A stretch of DNA of 64,000 nucleotides from Octopus sinensis. Lineage: Eukaryota. Below the pieces are notes generated by a model. The model did not search any database and was not told where the DNA came from. It saw nothing but the letters and a program-made list of their open reading frames with translations. Both the position numbers and the translations under genes were made by a program. Location of the stretch: positions 1,798,001 through 1,862,000 of the forward strand of contig NC_042999.1 of NCBI RefSeq assembly GCF_006345805.1. Reading direction: 5' to 3'. Shown here one piece after another: positions 51,237 through 62,242 of the stretch (position 1 is its first letter; every line of letters begins with the position of its first letter).

Positions 51237-52090
51237 GGTGTTTTTTACGTGCCACCTGCACAGGTGCCAGACAGACCTGGCGAACGGCCACGAACGGATG
51301 GTGCTTTTACGTGTCACCGGCACGGGACCAGACAGAGCTGGCAACCGGCCACGAACGGACGGTGCTTTTACGTGTCACCGGCACGGGGGCCAGCCGAGGC
51401 TGGCAACGGACGTGAACGGATGGTGCTTTTACGTGCCACCGACACGGTTGCCAGACAGAGCTGGCAAACGGCCACGAGCGGACGGTGCTTTTACGTGTCA
51501 CCGGCACGGGGGCCAGCCGAGGCTGGCAAAGGATACGGACGGATGGTGCTTTTACGTGCCACCGACACGGGGCAGACAGAGCTGGCAAACGGCCACGAAC
51601 GGATGGTGCTTTTACGTGTCACTGGCACGGGGGCCAGCCGAGGCTGGCAATGGACACGAACAGATGGTGCTTTTACGTGCCACCGACACGGTTGCCAGAC
51701 AGAGCTGGCAAACGGCCACGAGCGGACGGTGCTTTTACGTGTCACCGGCACGGGGGCCAGCCGAGGCTGGCAACAGACACGGACGGATGGTGCTTTTACG
51801 TGCCACCGACACGGGGCCAGACAGAGCTGGCAAACGGCCACGAACGGATGGTGCTTTTACGTGCCACCGACACGGGGCCAGACAGAGCTGGCCAACGGCC
51901 ACGAACGGATGGTGCTTTTACATGTCACCGGCACGGGGCCAGGCGAGGCTGGCAACGAACACGAACGGATGGTGCTTTTACGTGCCACCGACATGGGGCC
52001 AGGCAGAGCTGGCAAACGGCCATGAGCGAATGGTGCTTTTACGTATCACCGGCACAGGTGCCAGACGAGGCTGACAGCGGACACGAATGG
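51237..52090 (-). repeat. Tandem array of 14 x ~60-bp double-hairpin units in the RTE 3' UTR
   Basis: GGTGCTTTTAC at about 51300, 51361, 51422, 51484, 51545, 51605, 51666, 51729, 51789, 51850, 51911, 51971 and 52032, plus a variant at 51237. Confidence 0.95.
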
Positions 52091-52099
52091 ATGGGTCAC

Positions 52100-52471
52100 T
52101 TAACCCCTGCTTTCTGATATATGATTTGATTTTGATTGTTCTCCCTGGTCTTGCCGGGTCTTCTCACGCACAGCATACTTCCATAGGTCTCGGTCTCTGG
52201 TCATTTCCTTGGTGAGACCTAGAGTTCGAAGGTCGTGCTTCACCACCTCGACCCAGGTTTTCCTGGGTCTACCTCTTCCACAGGTCCCCTCAACTGCCAG
52301 GGTGTGGCACTTTTTCACACACCTATCTTCATCCATTCTCACCACATGACCATACCAGCGCAATCGTCTCTCTTGCACACAACATCTGATTCCTCTTAGG
52401 TCCAACTTTTCTCTCAAGGTACTTACACTCTGTCGACTATGAACACTGACATTACACATCCAACGGAGCAT
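52100..52471 (-). CDS. RTE ORF part 3: C-terminus
   Basis: RRLRWYGHVVRM...GRGRPRKTW. Confidence 0.9.
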   Translation of the reverse strand: MLRWMCNVSVHSRQSVSTLREKLDLRGIRCCVQERRLRWYGHVVRMDEDRCVKKCHTLAVEGTCGRGRPRKTWVEVVKHDLRTLGLTKEMTRDRDLWKYAVREKTRQDQGEQSKSNHISESRG

Positions 52472-54140
52472 ACTAGCTTCATTCTCGCGAGCTTACGCAT
52501 GTCCTCAGCAGTCACGGCCCATGTTTCACTGCCATGTAGCATGGCTGTTCGTACACATGCATCATACAGTCTGCCTTTTACTCTGAGCGAGAGGCCTTTA
52601 GTCACCAACAGAGGTAAGAGCTCCCTAAACTTTGCCCAGGCTATTCTTACTCTAGCCATTACACTTTCAGCACACCCACCCCCACTACTGACTTGGTCAC
52701 CAAGATAACGGAAGCTATCAACCACTTCTAGTTTTTCCCCCTGGAAAGTGACGGAAGTTGTTTTCTGCAGATTTTCAGAGGTTAATGCTCCCGAGCATCT
52801 GCCACATACAAAAACCATCTTCCTAGTTAGCCTTCCTATGACATTGCTGCACCTCTTATGTGCCCATAGCTTACACTTGGTGCATCTTATAGAGTTTCTA
52901 CCTACACCTTTTCTACAGATCGAGCAGGGCCATCTACCTGAAGGCGTTTGTGATTTGTCTACCTTCCTACTTATTACGACTTTGGTTTTAGCTAGGTTGA
53001 CTCTAAGGCCCTTCGATTCTAAACCATGCTTCCACACCTGAAACTTCTTCTCCAGTTCTGATAATGACTCAGCAATTAGAGCAAGGTCATCAGCATAGAG
53101 GAGCTCCCAGGGGCATCCTGTCTTGAATTCCTCCGTTATTGCCTGGAGGACTATGATAAATAGGAGGGGGCTGAGGACTGAGCCTTGGTGGACCCCTACC
53201 TCTACCCGGAATTCTTCACTGTACTCATTTCCAACCCTCACCTTACTAGCAGCGTCCCTGTACATGGCTTGCACAGCTCTCACTAACCATTCTTCTATTC
53301 CTAGTTTCCTCATTGACCACCATATGAGGGATCGGGGGACCCTGTTGAAGGCTTTCTCCATGTCAACAAAAGCCAGGTACAGGGCCTTATCTTTGGCTAG
53401 GTATTTCTCCTGCAGCTGCCTTACCAGGAATATAGCATCAATGGTACTTTTCCCTGGCACGAAACCAAACTGCATCTCATCTAAACTAACTCTCTCTCTA
53501 ATTAGTTGGCTTATGACCCTCTCTGTAACCTTCATCACCTGATCCAACAGCTTGATACCTCTGTAATTATTTGTATCTAGGGCATCACCTTTACCTTTGT
53601 AGCAGTTGACTATTATGCTGCTACACCAGTCATTGGGTATGACTCCTTCATGTATCACCTGATTAACTATACAGGTGACTAGGCTATAGCCGACACTACC
53701 AGATATTTTGAGCATCTCTGCAGTGATACCTGATGGGCCTGGGGCTTTCCCTGTCTTCATGCTTCTAATTGCCTTAGCTACTAAGGAACTATCAACCCTG
53801 ATAGCTGGTCCCTCTGTTGGGTCAACGTTCGGCAGACTCTCTTTATCCCATTCATTTTCTTTATTCAGCAACCTTTCATAGTGGCATCTCCAAGCCTCTC
53901 TCTTTGCATCCTCGTTTAGCGCAAGTGAACCATCTTCCATGCGAACACACTTCTCTCTCACCACATCACAATTCTCTCTCACACACTGTCTTGCAACGCG
54001 AAACACCTCCAGTCTTTGGTCCTCACGGCGCAGAACATTGGCAAATTTTTTCTTATCTGCTTCCCCTCTGGCTAGATAGACCTGTCTCCTAGCTTCCCTT
54101 TTAGCAGTCTGATACAATTCCCTGCTACCACCATTCTTCA
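52470..54140 (-). CDS. RTE ORF part 2: reverse transcriptase
   Basis: PGPSGI, NYRGIKLL, QFGFVPGKST, FVDMEKAF, GVHQGSVLSPLLF, LLYADDL and FRYLG. Frameshift at ~52482. Confidence 0.95.
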
Positions 54141-54940
54141 GTGCTTCCAAGTCTGTCTCTTTTCTCTAATAGCCCTGTCTACGACACTGTTCCACCACCA
54201 CGTTACCTTGGGACGAGAGGGGACTTTGCACCAGCCACAGATCTGGTCAGTGGCTCTCAGCAGGTTGTCCCTTAGAAACGTCCAGTTGTCCTCTACCCCA
54301 TGTGATACACTATCCCCTTCTACTTCGTCAAAGGCTTCAAGTAACATGTCTCTAAATCTCTGTCCATTCACAGGATCCTTAAGCTTCCAGATCCTTCTTC
54401 TCCATGTTGGTCGTCTTCTGGTTGTCCTCCTACTCCTGATCCTAAAGTCACTAACTACCAGTCTATGTTGTGGGGTGCATTCTTCGCCTGGGAAGGTTTT
54501 GGCATTTATAGGTAGCCATCTCTCCCTTTGCCTGGCAAGGATGTAGTCAATTTGGCTGGTATGTTGGCCCGATCGGTAGGTGACTAGGTAGCTGGTAGGT
54601 TTCCTGAAGTTAGTGTTGCAAATCATAAGATTATTTGCATCGCAGAACTCCAGCAGCCTGGTTCCCTCCTCGTTGCGGGAACCAGAGCCATAGCCTCCAT
54701 GTACGCCGTGGAAGCCCCCAGCAAGTCGTCCAACGTGACCATTGAAGTCACCAGCCACAAAGAGAAGGTCTCTGTCGTTCGTCAACGAGGTAGTCTGCAG
54801 TAGAGTGTCATAGAATCGGTCTTTCTGTCCATCAGGTAGCCCCGACTGAGGAGCATAGGCTGATATAATGGTTGCTAAACTATGATGAAGCACTAATCTA
54901 ATCTTAAGTATTCTGTCGCATACTCTGATTACCTCAATTA
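54138..54940 (-). CDS. RTE ORF part 1: apurinic-like endonuclease (N-terminus missing)
   Basis: SAYAPQ, GDFNGHVG, RNEEGTRLLEF, QIDYIL and QHRLVVSDF motifs. Frameshift at ~54139. Confidence 0.9.
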
Positions 54941-55247
54941 CTTAATAATAATAATAATAACAATAATAATAATAATAATAATAATAACAATAATAATAAC
55001 AGTAATAATAATGATGATGATAATAATAATAATGATGATAATAATAATAATGATTATGATAATAATAATAATGATGATAATAATAATAATGATGATAATA
55101 ATAATAATAATAATGATAATAATAATAATGATAATAATAATAATGATGACAATAATAATAACATTGATGATAATGATGATAATAATAATGATAATAATAA
55201 TGATAATGATAATAATAATAATGACAATAATGATAATGATAATATCA
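54941..55247. repeat. (TAA)n/(TGA) microsatellite
   Basis: Direct reading. Confidence 0.95.
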
Positions 55248-55469
55248 AATGTAACGATTCTGTGGGACTTTCCAGTACATACAGAATGTAATGATTCTGT
55301 GGGACTTTCCAGTACATACAGAATGTAATGATTCTGTGGGACTTTCCAGTACATACAGAATGTAATGATTCTGTGGGACTTTCCAGTACATACAGAATGT
55401 AACGATTCTGTGGGACTTTCCAGTACATACAGAATGTAACGATTCTGTGGGACTTTCCAGTACATACAG
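55248..55469 (+). repeat. Six tandem 37-bp repeats at the 5' junction of the R4/Dong fragment
   Basis: AATGTAAYGATTCTGTGGGACTTTCCAGTACATACAG at 55248, 55285, 55322, 55359, 55396 and 55433. Confidence 0.95.
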
Positions 55470-55968
55470 ACCGAACCATCAAGGCCAATAAACCAGATAT
55501 TGTTGTGAAAGACCAAAACAATAAAGTTTGCTTATTGATCGACATGAGCATCCCCTGTGATCATAATATCTCAGCGAAAGAGTTTGACAAGCTCAGAAAA
55601 TATAAAGACCTACTCATTGAAATTGAGAAAATGTGGCATCTCAAGGCGGTTACAATGCCAGTGATCGTAGGAGCACTAGGAAGGATCAAGAAGGGAACCG
55701 AAAATTATATGAGAATGATCCCTGGCTTACCATCCCTGCAAGAAGTGCAAAAGATTGTCTTAACTGGTACATCACACATATTGAGAAGAGCATTGTCGAT
55801 GTGAGAACTGTTGCTGCTCATGTATTTTAATATAACTTAAAAAAAAAAATGAACGAACTATTGAGTTTGGTTTAATGGCCTACCAATATATACTATGAGT
55901 TTCTTTGCCCTAGGAGTCGGGAAGACACTCGGCAATAAATGGAAGCAAATTTGAAAGAAGAAAAAAAA
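55433..55968 (+). mobile_element. R4/Dong-clade non-LTR retrotransposon 3' fragment (restriction-like endonuclease plus 3' UTR)
   Basis: NVTILWDFPVHTDRTIKANKPDIVVKD...LLIDMSIP...KLRKYKDL..EIEKMW...PVIVGALG...ILRRALSM* (55433-55804), flanked on both sides by (TAA)n, the known Dong target. Confidence 0.9.
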
Positions 55969-56012
55969 GTAATAATAATAATGATAATATAATGATAATA
56001 ATAATAATAGTG

Positions 56013-56049
<37 letters not shown>

Positions 56050-56132
56050 TCATAATAATAGTGGTAATAATAATAATAATTTTGATTATAATAAAAATAA
56101 TAATAGCGATGATGATAATAATAATAATAGTG

Positions 56133-56174
<42 letters not shown>

Positions 56175-56298
56175 GTGGTAATAATAATAATAATTTTGAT
56201 TATAATAAAAATAATAATAATAGTGATGATGATGATGATGATAATAATAATAATAATAATGATAATAATAATGATGATGACGATGATGATAATAATGA
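55969..56298. repeat. (TAA)n microsatellite with an internal ~120-bp duplication
   Basis: Direct reading; TTTTGATTATAATAAAAATAA occurs twice. Confidence 0.9.
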
Positions 56299-56760
56299 GT
56301 TACTGAGAATGAAGATTACAAAATCCTGTGGGATGCAATGATTCAGTGTGACTGTCAGATTAGACATCAGAAACATGGCAATGTTGTGGTGAACAAAAAA
56401 CTAATAAAAATAACATACATGATAATCGACATAGCATTTCCTGATGACAACAAGATTGAAGAGGCGGAGGAAAAAGAAGAAGAAAAGTGAATGAATACGA
56501 TGATTTGAAATGGGAAGAAACACAGATTGTGGCCGATAAAAAGAGTGGACGTGATACCAATAGTGATTGGCACATTTGGAAGTATCAGCACTCAACTACC
56601 AACATAATTCAAAAAGATTGGTACAAATGTAAAGATAGAATACCTACAAAATTTAACATTGATTGGAATGGCAAGAGTTCTCCGTAGGGTTCTTGAAGTC
56701 TTGATTAGTAAACAAGTGTCCCCTTAGTATGCTGGTTGTGGACAGCTGAGAGTTTCCATC
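56299..56760 (+). mobile_element. Second, decayed R4/Dong-type endonuclease fragment
   Basis: ENEDYKILWDAMIQCD...IIDIAFPDDNKI...EYDDLKWE..RLW...VIPIVIGTFG...RVLRRVL, with stops and frameshifts. Confidence 0.75.
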
Positions 56761-56771
56761 AAATATTAATA

Positions 56772-57318
56772 ATACTTTCTTCTTTAGGTACAAGAACTGA
56801 AATTTAGTGGGAGGAGGAGGTAACTGGTTTCATGAACCCCCAACGCTCAGCTGGTACTTATTTTATTGACCCCCAAAATGATGAAAGGCAAAGTTGACTT
56901 CGGTGGAATTTGAACTCCGAATATGAAGGTGGATGAACTGTTTCTTTGGGTAGCTGACGATTTCCATCATACCCAGCAAATTAAGCTGAGGGTTTTCATC
57001 AAACAGTAATGATGATAATAATAACAACAACAACAATAATAACAATAATAATGATAATCCTTTCTACTGAAGGTACAAGGCCTTGAAATTTTGCGGGATG
57101 AAACTAGTTGATTACATTGACCTCAGTGTTTCACTGGTACTTAATTTATCGACCCCAAAAGGATGAAAGGTAAAGTTAACCTTGGCAGAATTTGTATTCA
57201 GAATACCAAGGTAGATGATATACTGCTAAGCGTTTCGTCCAGCATGTTAATGATTCTGCCAACTCACCGCCTTAATAAAGATAATAATAATAATAATAAT
57301 AATTATAATAATAATAAT

Positions 57319-57352
<34 letters not shown>

Positions 57353-58065
57353 TTAATAATAATAATAGTGATTTCGAATTTTTGCCACAAGGTGCAGCTT
57401 GGGATTAAGGGATTAAGTCGATTACATCGACCCCAGTGTTTCACTGGGACTTATTTTATCAACCCCGAAAGGATGGAAGGCAAAATCAACCTTGGTAGAA
57501 TTTGAACTCAGAATGTAGCAATGGGCAAAATTCCACTAAGCATTTTTCCCACGTGTGCTAATAATTCTGCCAGCTCGTTGCCTTAGTAATAATAATAATA
57601 CTTTCTATTATAGTCACATGGCCTGAAGTTTTGGGGGAGGGGACTAGTTGATTATATCAACCCCAGAATTTCACTGGTACTCAGTTTATCAACCTCGAAA
57701 GAATGAAAGGCAATGACAACATCGGTGGAATTTGAACTCAGAAAGTCAACAGGTGAAGTACCGCTAAGCATTTCATCCAGTGTGCTAACGCTTCTGCCAG
57801 CTCACTGCCTTAATAAAAATAAAAATAATAATACCAACAACAACAATAATAATGGCAATTTCTAATTAAGACTTGAAACCAGTAATTTTGAGAGAAGGTG
57901 CTAGGTGGTTGCATCAACTCTAAAATATGAGGCGTACTATAATTTACTGATCCCAGAAGGATGAAAGAGAAAGTTGATCCCAGCTGGAATTGAACCCAGA
58001 ATATCAAGAATCGGAACAAATACAGCAAGGCAATTATTTGACACTCTGCCAACTTGCTGCCTAAC
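56772..58065 (-). mobile_element. Cluster of five co-oriented Meta-like SINE copies separated by (TAA)n tracts
   Basis: Core motif (CTGGTACTT..TTTATCGACCCC.AAAGGATGAAAGG and variants) at ~56850, ~57135, ~57445, ~57675 and ~57945. Confidence 0.85.
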
Positions 58066-58576
58066 AACAACAACAGCATCAGTAACAAAAGTATATCTTG
58101 GTTTGTGGTGAAAATAAATCAACAGTCTTAGTCACCTAAGCCAGCCAGCTAAGATTATCTGATAGTTTTGCAATATAGAGTGGGTGGTTCATAAAGAATC
58201 TTCTAGATTTTTTTCCTCAAAACCGAACTGACCTTTGTTATCTCAATTCAATTACCTAATAGCTATAACCTTTAGCTAATGTCCGGCTGGCTCAACTTGC
58301 TAATTTCCTATTGATTTAAAACCTCTCTATCAGGTGGCAGAATTTTAGGTTTGCTTTTATTTTAGCTCTTTCTTTTTGTTTCGTATCTTTATGAAAGCCG
58401 TATCAAGGGAGGCAAAAGCATTGTTAGTGTTTTGTCTTATATTTCTATTATTATTTCTTACTTTTGTGTTCTTTTGTTTCTCTCCCATTTTCTTCTTAAA
58501 GTGCATTTCCTCTGTCGAATCAGTACTTTCAAATGGAAAAATATTTCAAGATTTATCATACATACATACACACATA

Positions 58577-58881
58577 GTGGAGGCGCAATGGCCCAGTAGT
58601 TAGGGCAGCGGACACGCGGTCGGAGGATCACGGTTTCGATTCTCAGACCAGGCATTGTCAGTGTTTATTGAGCAAAAACACCTAAAAAAAGCTCCACGAG
58701 GCTCCGGCAGGGGGTGGTGATCCCTGCTGTACTCTTTCACCACAACTTTCTCTTACTCTTTCTTCTGTTGGCCTGCTCGCTTAGCCAGCGGGGTGACGTC
58801 ATTTGAAGGCTAAAACAATGCGAAGCGCATTGTGACCAGCGATGTGTAACAACATCTGATGGTCTGGTCAGTCACGTGATA
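58577..58881 (+). mobile_element. tRNA-derived SINE, full length
   Basis: GTGGAGGCGCAATGGCCCAGTAG head; tail shared with 11036-11272; ends in (CA)n. Confidence 0.9.
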
Positions 58882-58882
58882 T

Positions 58883-58927
<45 letters not shown>

Positions 58928-59191
58928 ATATAAAACACAGCAGGAGCTAAGTCATGATTCATTTTTGTGTTAATAATATTTTGGCTTCAACCTTTGACCT
59001 CTACATAAGCCATATGCTGCCTTTTTATAAATTTTGTTTGAAATTTCACTTGTGGTTACATTTAACTTTAAAAATGTAGGTAATTACTTCCAGCTTCACA
59101 AAGCTTTGCACACACCAGTAAATCTATTATTTACTGTTTAAATGTAAACACCACACCTCTTGGTGGGCTGTGAATGGTTTTGTGTCTAGTC

Positions 59192-59955
59192 AATGAAGCA
59201 TAGCAAGGCTGAAACACACATTCTGTGGTCTGAAGAAGCCATTCATAGACCAGGGATTTGTTTTGTTTTTTTTGTAGTTAAGACACCCGTGACACATAAA
59301 AAGCACCAACTGATTGTGGCCATTTGCCAGCCTCCTCTGGCCCCTGTGCCGGTGGCACGTAAAAAGCACCCACTACACTCACAGAGTGGTTGGCGTTAGG
59401 AAGGGCATCCAGCCGTAGAAACACTGCCAGATCTGACTAGGCCTGATGAAGCCTTCCGGCTTCACAGACCCCAGTTGAACCGTCCAACCCATGTTAGCAT
59501 GGAAAACGGATGCTAAACGATGATGATGATGATGATGATGATGATTAATGAAGCATAGCAATGCTGAAACACACATTCTGTGGTCTGAAGAAGCCATTCA
59601 TAGACCAGGGCTTTGTTTTTTTTTTTGTAGTTAAGACACCTGTGCCGGTGACACATAAAAAGCACTGTCCGAACGTGACAGATGCCAGCGCCGCCTGACT
59701 GGCATCCGGGTCAGTGACACGTAAAAGCACCAACCGATCGTGGCCGTTTGCCAGCCTCCTCTGGATCCTGTGCCGGTGGCACATAAAAAACACCCACTAC
59801 ACTCACGGAGTGGCTGGTGTTAGGAAGGGCATCCAGCTGTAGAAACACTGCCAAACCAGACTGGAATCTGGTGCAGCCTCCATGGCTTCCAGACTCCGGT
59901 CGAACCGTCCAACCCATGCTAGCGTGGAAAACGGACGTTAAATGATGATGATGAT
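59192..59955 (+). mobile_element. Two RTE tails, each preceded by a copy of the same ~95-bp non-RTE segment
   Basis: 59192-59287 matches 59547-59640. Tails lie at 59288-59545 and 59641-59955. Confidence 0.85.
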
Positions 59956-60508
59956 ACTGTTTATAAGGAGAAATTTTCTTTCAAGACAATTTCTAAAGTG
60001 AAAGTCATTCTACATTTGAATATATACAAACATGTTAAATATAATTGCACACATCTTCATTTTAATCATCTCAAATTAATACACCCCTAATTAATTTAAA
60101 TATGTGTGTGTGTGTGTCTGTGTGTGTGCATATGTGTCATCATCATTGTCATCGTTTAATGTCCACTTTCCATGTTAGCATGGGTTGGACACTGACTGAG
60201 GGCTGGCGAACCAGATGGCTGCACCAGGCTTCAATCTTGATCTGGCAGAGTTTCTATAGTTGGATGTATGTATGTATGTATATTGGTATTAATGTTTTCC
60301 GTTGACATCTAACTAAATAGCTAAACCATATATATGTATCATAAACTTTCAATGACCAATGTCTGGAATGAATATATTAGTCATTCCTCAGTGACTAATC
60401 TTATATATGAAGGATTTAATGTGAATGAGAATTTCAGCCGACCAACAGAGTACAGCTCATATATATTTCATACATACAGGAGGTAAGTATATTTATATAT
60501 ATTATAAA

Positions 60509-60635
60509 CTAGCAGTATATACCCGGCTTTGCCTCGGATTAAGTTAGGATTTTTAAGCTAATCAAGTTCTTTATTTCAAACCAAACTAAGTAACATCAAC
60601 ATGAAATTTCGGCAAAATGCATTGAAATTGGCTGA
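60509..60635 (-). mobile_element. Helitron-like 3' end
   Basis: Minus strand ends CCGAGGCAAAGCCGGGTATATACTGCTAG|T, related to the ends at 3056 and 29888. Confidence 0.6.
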
Positions 60636-60691
60636 TATATATATATATGTGTATATATATATATATGTGACCACATGTGCATCGTTAGCGA

Positions 60692-60720
60692 TTGATGAAG
60701 AGCTGTGCTCAAAACATTAA
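60692..60720 (+). ncRNA. Decayed minimal hammerhead motif
   Basis: TTGATGA A GAGC TGT GCTC AAAAC ATT; three transitions away from CTGATGA...GAAACGTT. Confidence 0.4.
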
Positions 60721-60845
60721 ATCCTCCTTCTTTCTTTCCTTTCCTGAGCGTCCAATAACACTATAGTTGTTCCACGTCCTCGCATTGTTGTGTTTTCTCT
60801 TTGTGTTTTCCGGTTTGGATTAACTATATTTTAACATAAAAAAAA

Positions 60846-61075
60846 ACCATCTGAGCATGGCCGTTCACCAGCCGCGTCTGGCACCTGTGTCAGTGGCACA
60901 TAAAATCACCCACTACACTGTCGGAGTGGTTGGCGTTTGGAAGGGCATCCAGCTGTAGAAACACTGCCAGATCTGACTGGCCTCGTGCAGCCTTCGGGCT
61001 CCCCAGACCCCAGTTGAACCGTCCAACCCATGCTAGCATAGAAAGCGGACGTTAAACGATTATGATGATGATGAT
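60846..61075 (+). mobile_element. RTE LINE 3' tail
   Basis: Hairpin unit, terminal block and (GAT)n. Confidence 0.85.
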
Positions 61076-61378
61076 ATATATATATATATATATATAATTA
61101 ATTAATAAGGGTGAGAGAATTAGATACTAATTTAATAGTATACCTATTCAACACCAAGTGGCCCAGTGCCCCGAGAAACCTGGATTATTATAATATTTTA
61201 TAATATATTATAATATTTTATACAAAAATAAATATAAGAGAGTGGTCACTATGTGGCTCACTCTAGCACTAGTAAATCCAAAAGGTTTCAACCACAAAAA
61301 TACATGTTTCCATGAAAGTCAGTACGATTGTTAGCTCCCACGAACAGGGCAAATAAAAAATAACAAAAATACAGATTA

Positions 61379-61459
61379 TTTTGGGACAATTGTTTCGCTA
61401 TTAATGAATTAAATGTAATTTTACTCACAAAAAACTCACTTGTAGCTCCTCAGCCAAAA
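61379..61459 (-). ncRNA. Type I hammerhead ribozyme
   Basis: Identical to 62162-62242 in reverse complement. Predicted cleavage is at the C paired with plus position 61385. Confidence 0.85.
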
Positions 61460-62161
61460 CTATCTGGATGAAATCCACTGAATCACACGCCAGATTTTAC
61501 CATAACGATAATACACGTGTGGTTCAATTGATTACATCCGACGTTATAATTCAAATGCCCCTACCAACAGCGCGCCAAACTTTCACGGAAACAAATACTA
61601 CATTTAGAAATAAATGTAGCATAATTATAATTAATTAATAAGGGTGAGAGAATTAGATACTAATTTAATAGTATACCTATTCACACCAAGTGGCCCAGTG
61701 CCCGCGAAAACCTGGATTATTATAATATTTTATAATATATTATAATATTTTATACAATCGTACTGACTTTCATGGGAAACATGTATTTTTGTGGTTGAAA
61801 CCTTTTGGATTTACTAGTGCTAGAGTGAGCCACATAGTGACCACTCTCTTATATTTATTTTTGTATAAAATATTATAATATATTATAAAATATTATAATA
61901 ATCCAGGTTTCTCGGGGCACTGGCCACTTGGTGTTGAATAGGTATACTATAAATTAGTATCTAATTCTCTCACCCTTATTAATTAATTATAATTATGCTA
62001 CATTTATTTCTAAATGTAGTATTTGTTTCCTCCGTGAAAGTTTGGCGCGCTGTTGGTAGGGGCATTTGAATTATAACGTCGGATGTAATCAATTGAACCA
62101 CACGTGTATTTATCGTTATGGTAAAATCTGGCGTGTGATTCAGTGGATTTCATCCAGATAG

Positions 62162-62242
62162 TTTTGGCTGAGGAGCTACAAGTGAGTTTTTTGTGAGTAA
62201 AATTACATTTAATTCATTAATAGCGAAACAATTGTCCCAAAA
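62162..62242 (+). ncRNA. Type I hammerhead ribozyme
   Basis: TTTTGG CTGAGGA GCTA N42 TAGC GAAAC AATT GTC CCAAAA: complete core, 6-bp stem I, stem II, palindromic stem III and GUC triplet. Predicted cut is after 62236. Confidence 0.85.

Larger units (their letters stand above)
51073..54940 (-). mobile_element. RTE-clade LINE, 5'-truncated within the endonuclease, 3.87 kb
   Basis: APE and RT coding region, 3' UTR and (GAT)n tail. Flanked by CTTAATAATAATAATAATAA on both sides (51046 and 54941), consistent with a TSD in (TAA)n. Confidence 0.97.

Noticed and set aside
51237-52090. CRISPR-like array or coding region (ORFs of 210-301 aa)
   Set aside because: The variable parts alternate between two types rather than being unique spacers, no cas genes are present, and the array lies in a LINE 3' UTR. 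The ORFs arise because the GC-rich unit lacks stop codons.
56772-58065. Idea that the Meta-like SINE is mobilised by the neighbouring Dong element
   Set aside because: No shared 3' sequence, and the simple-repeat tails are in opposite sense orientation.
61755-61790. Second hammerhead in the 535-bp monomer (GAAAC AT GTA)
   Set aside because: No CTGANGA at the required position and no stem I partner.
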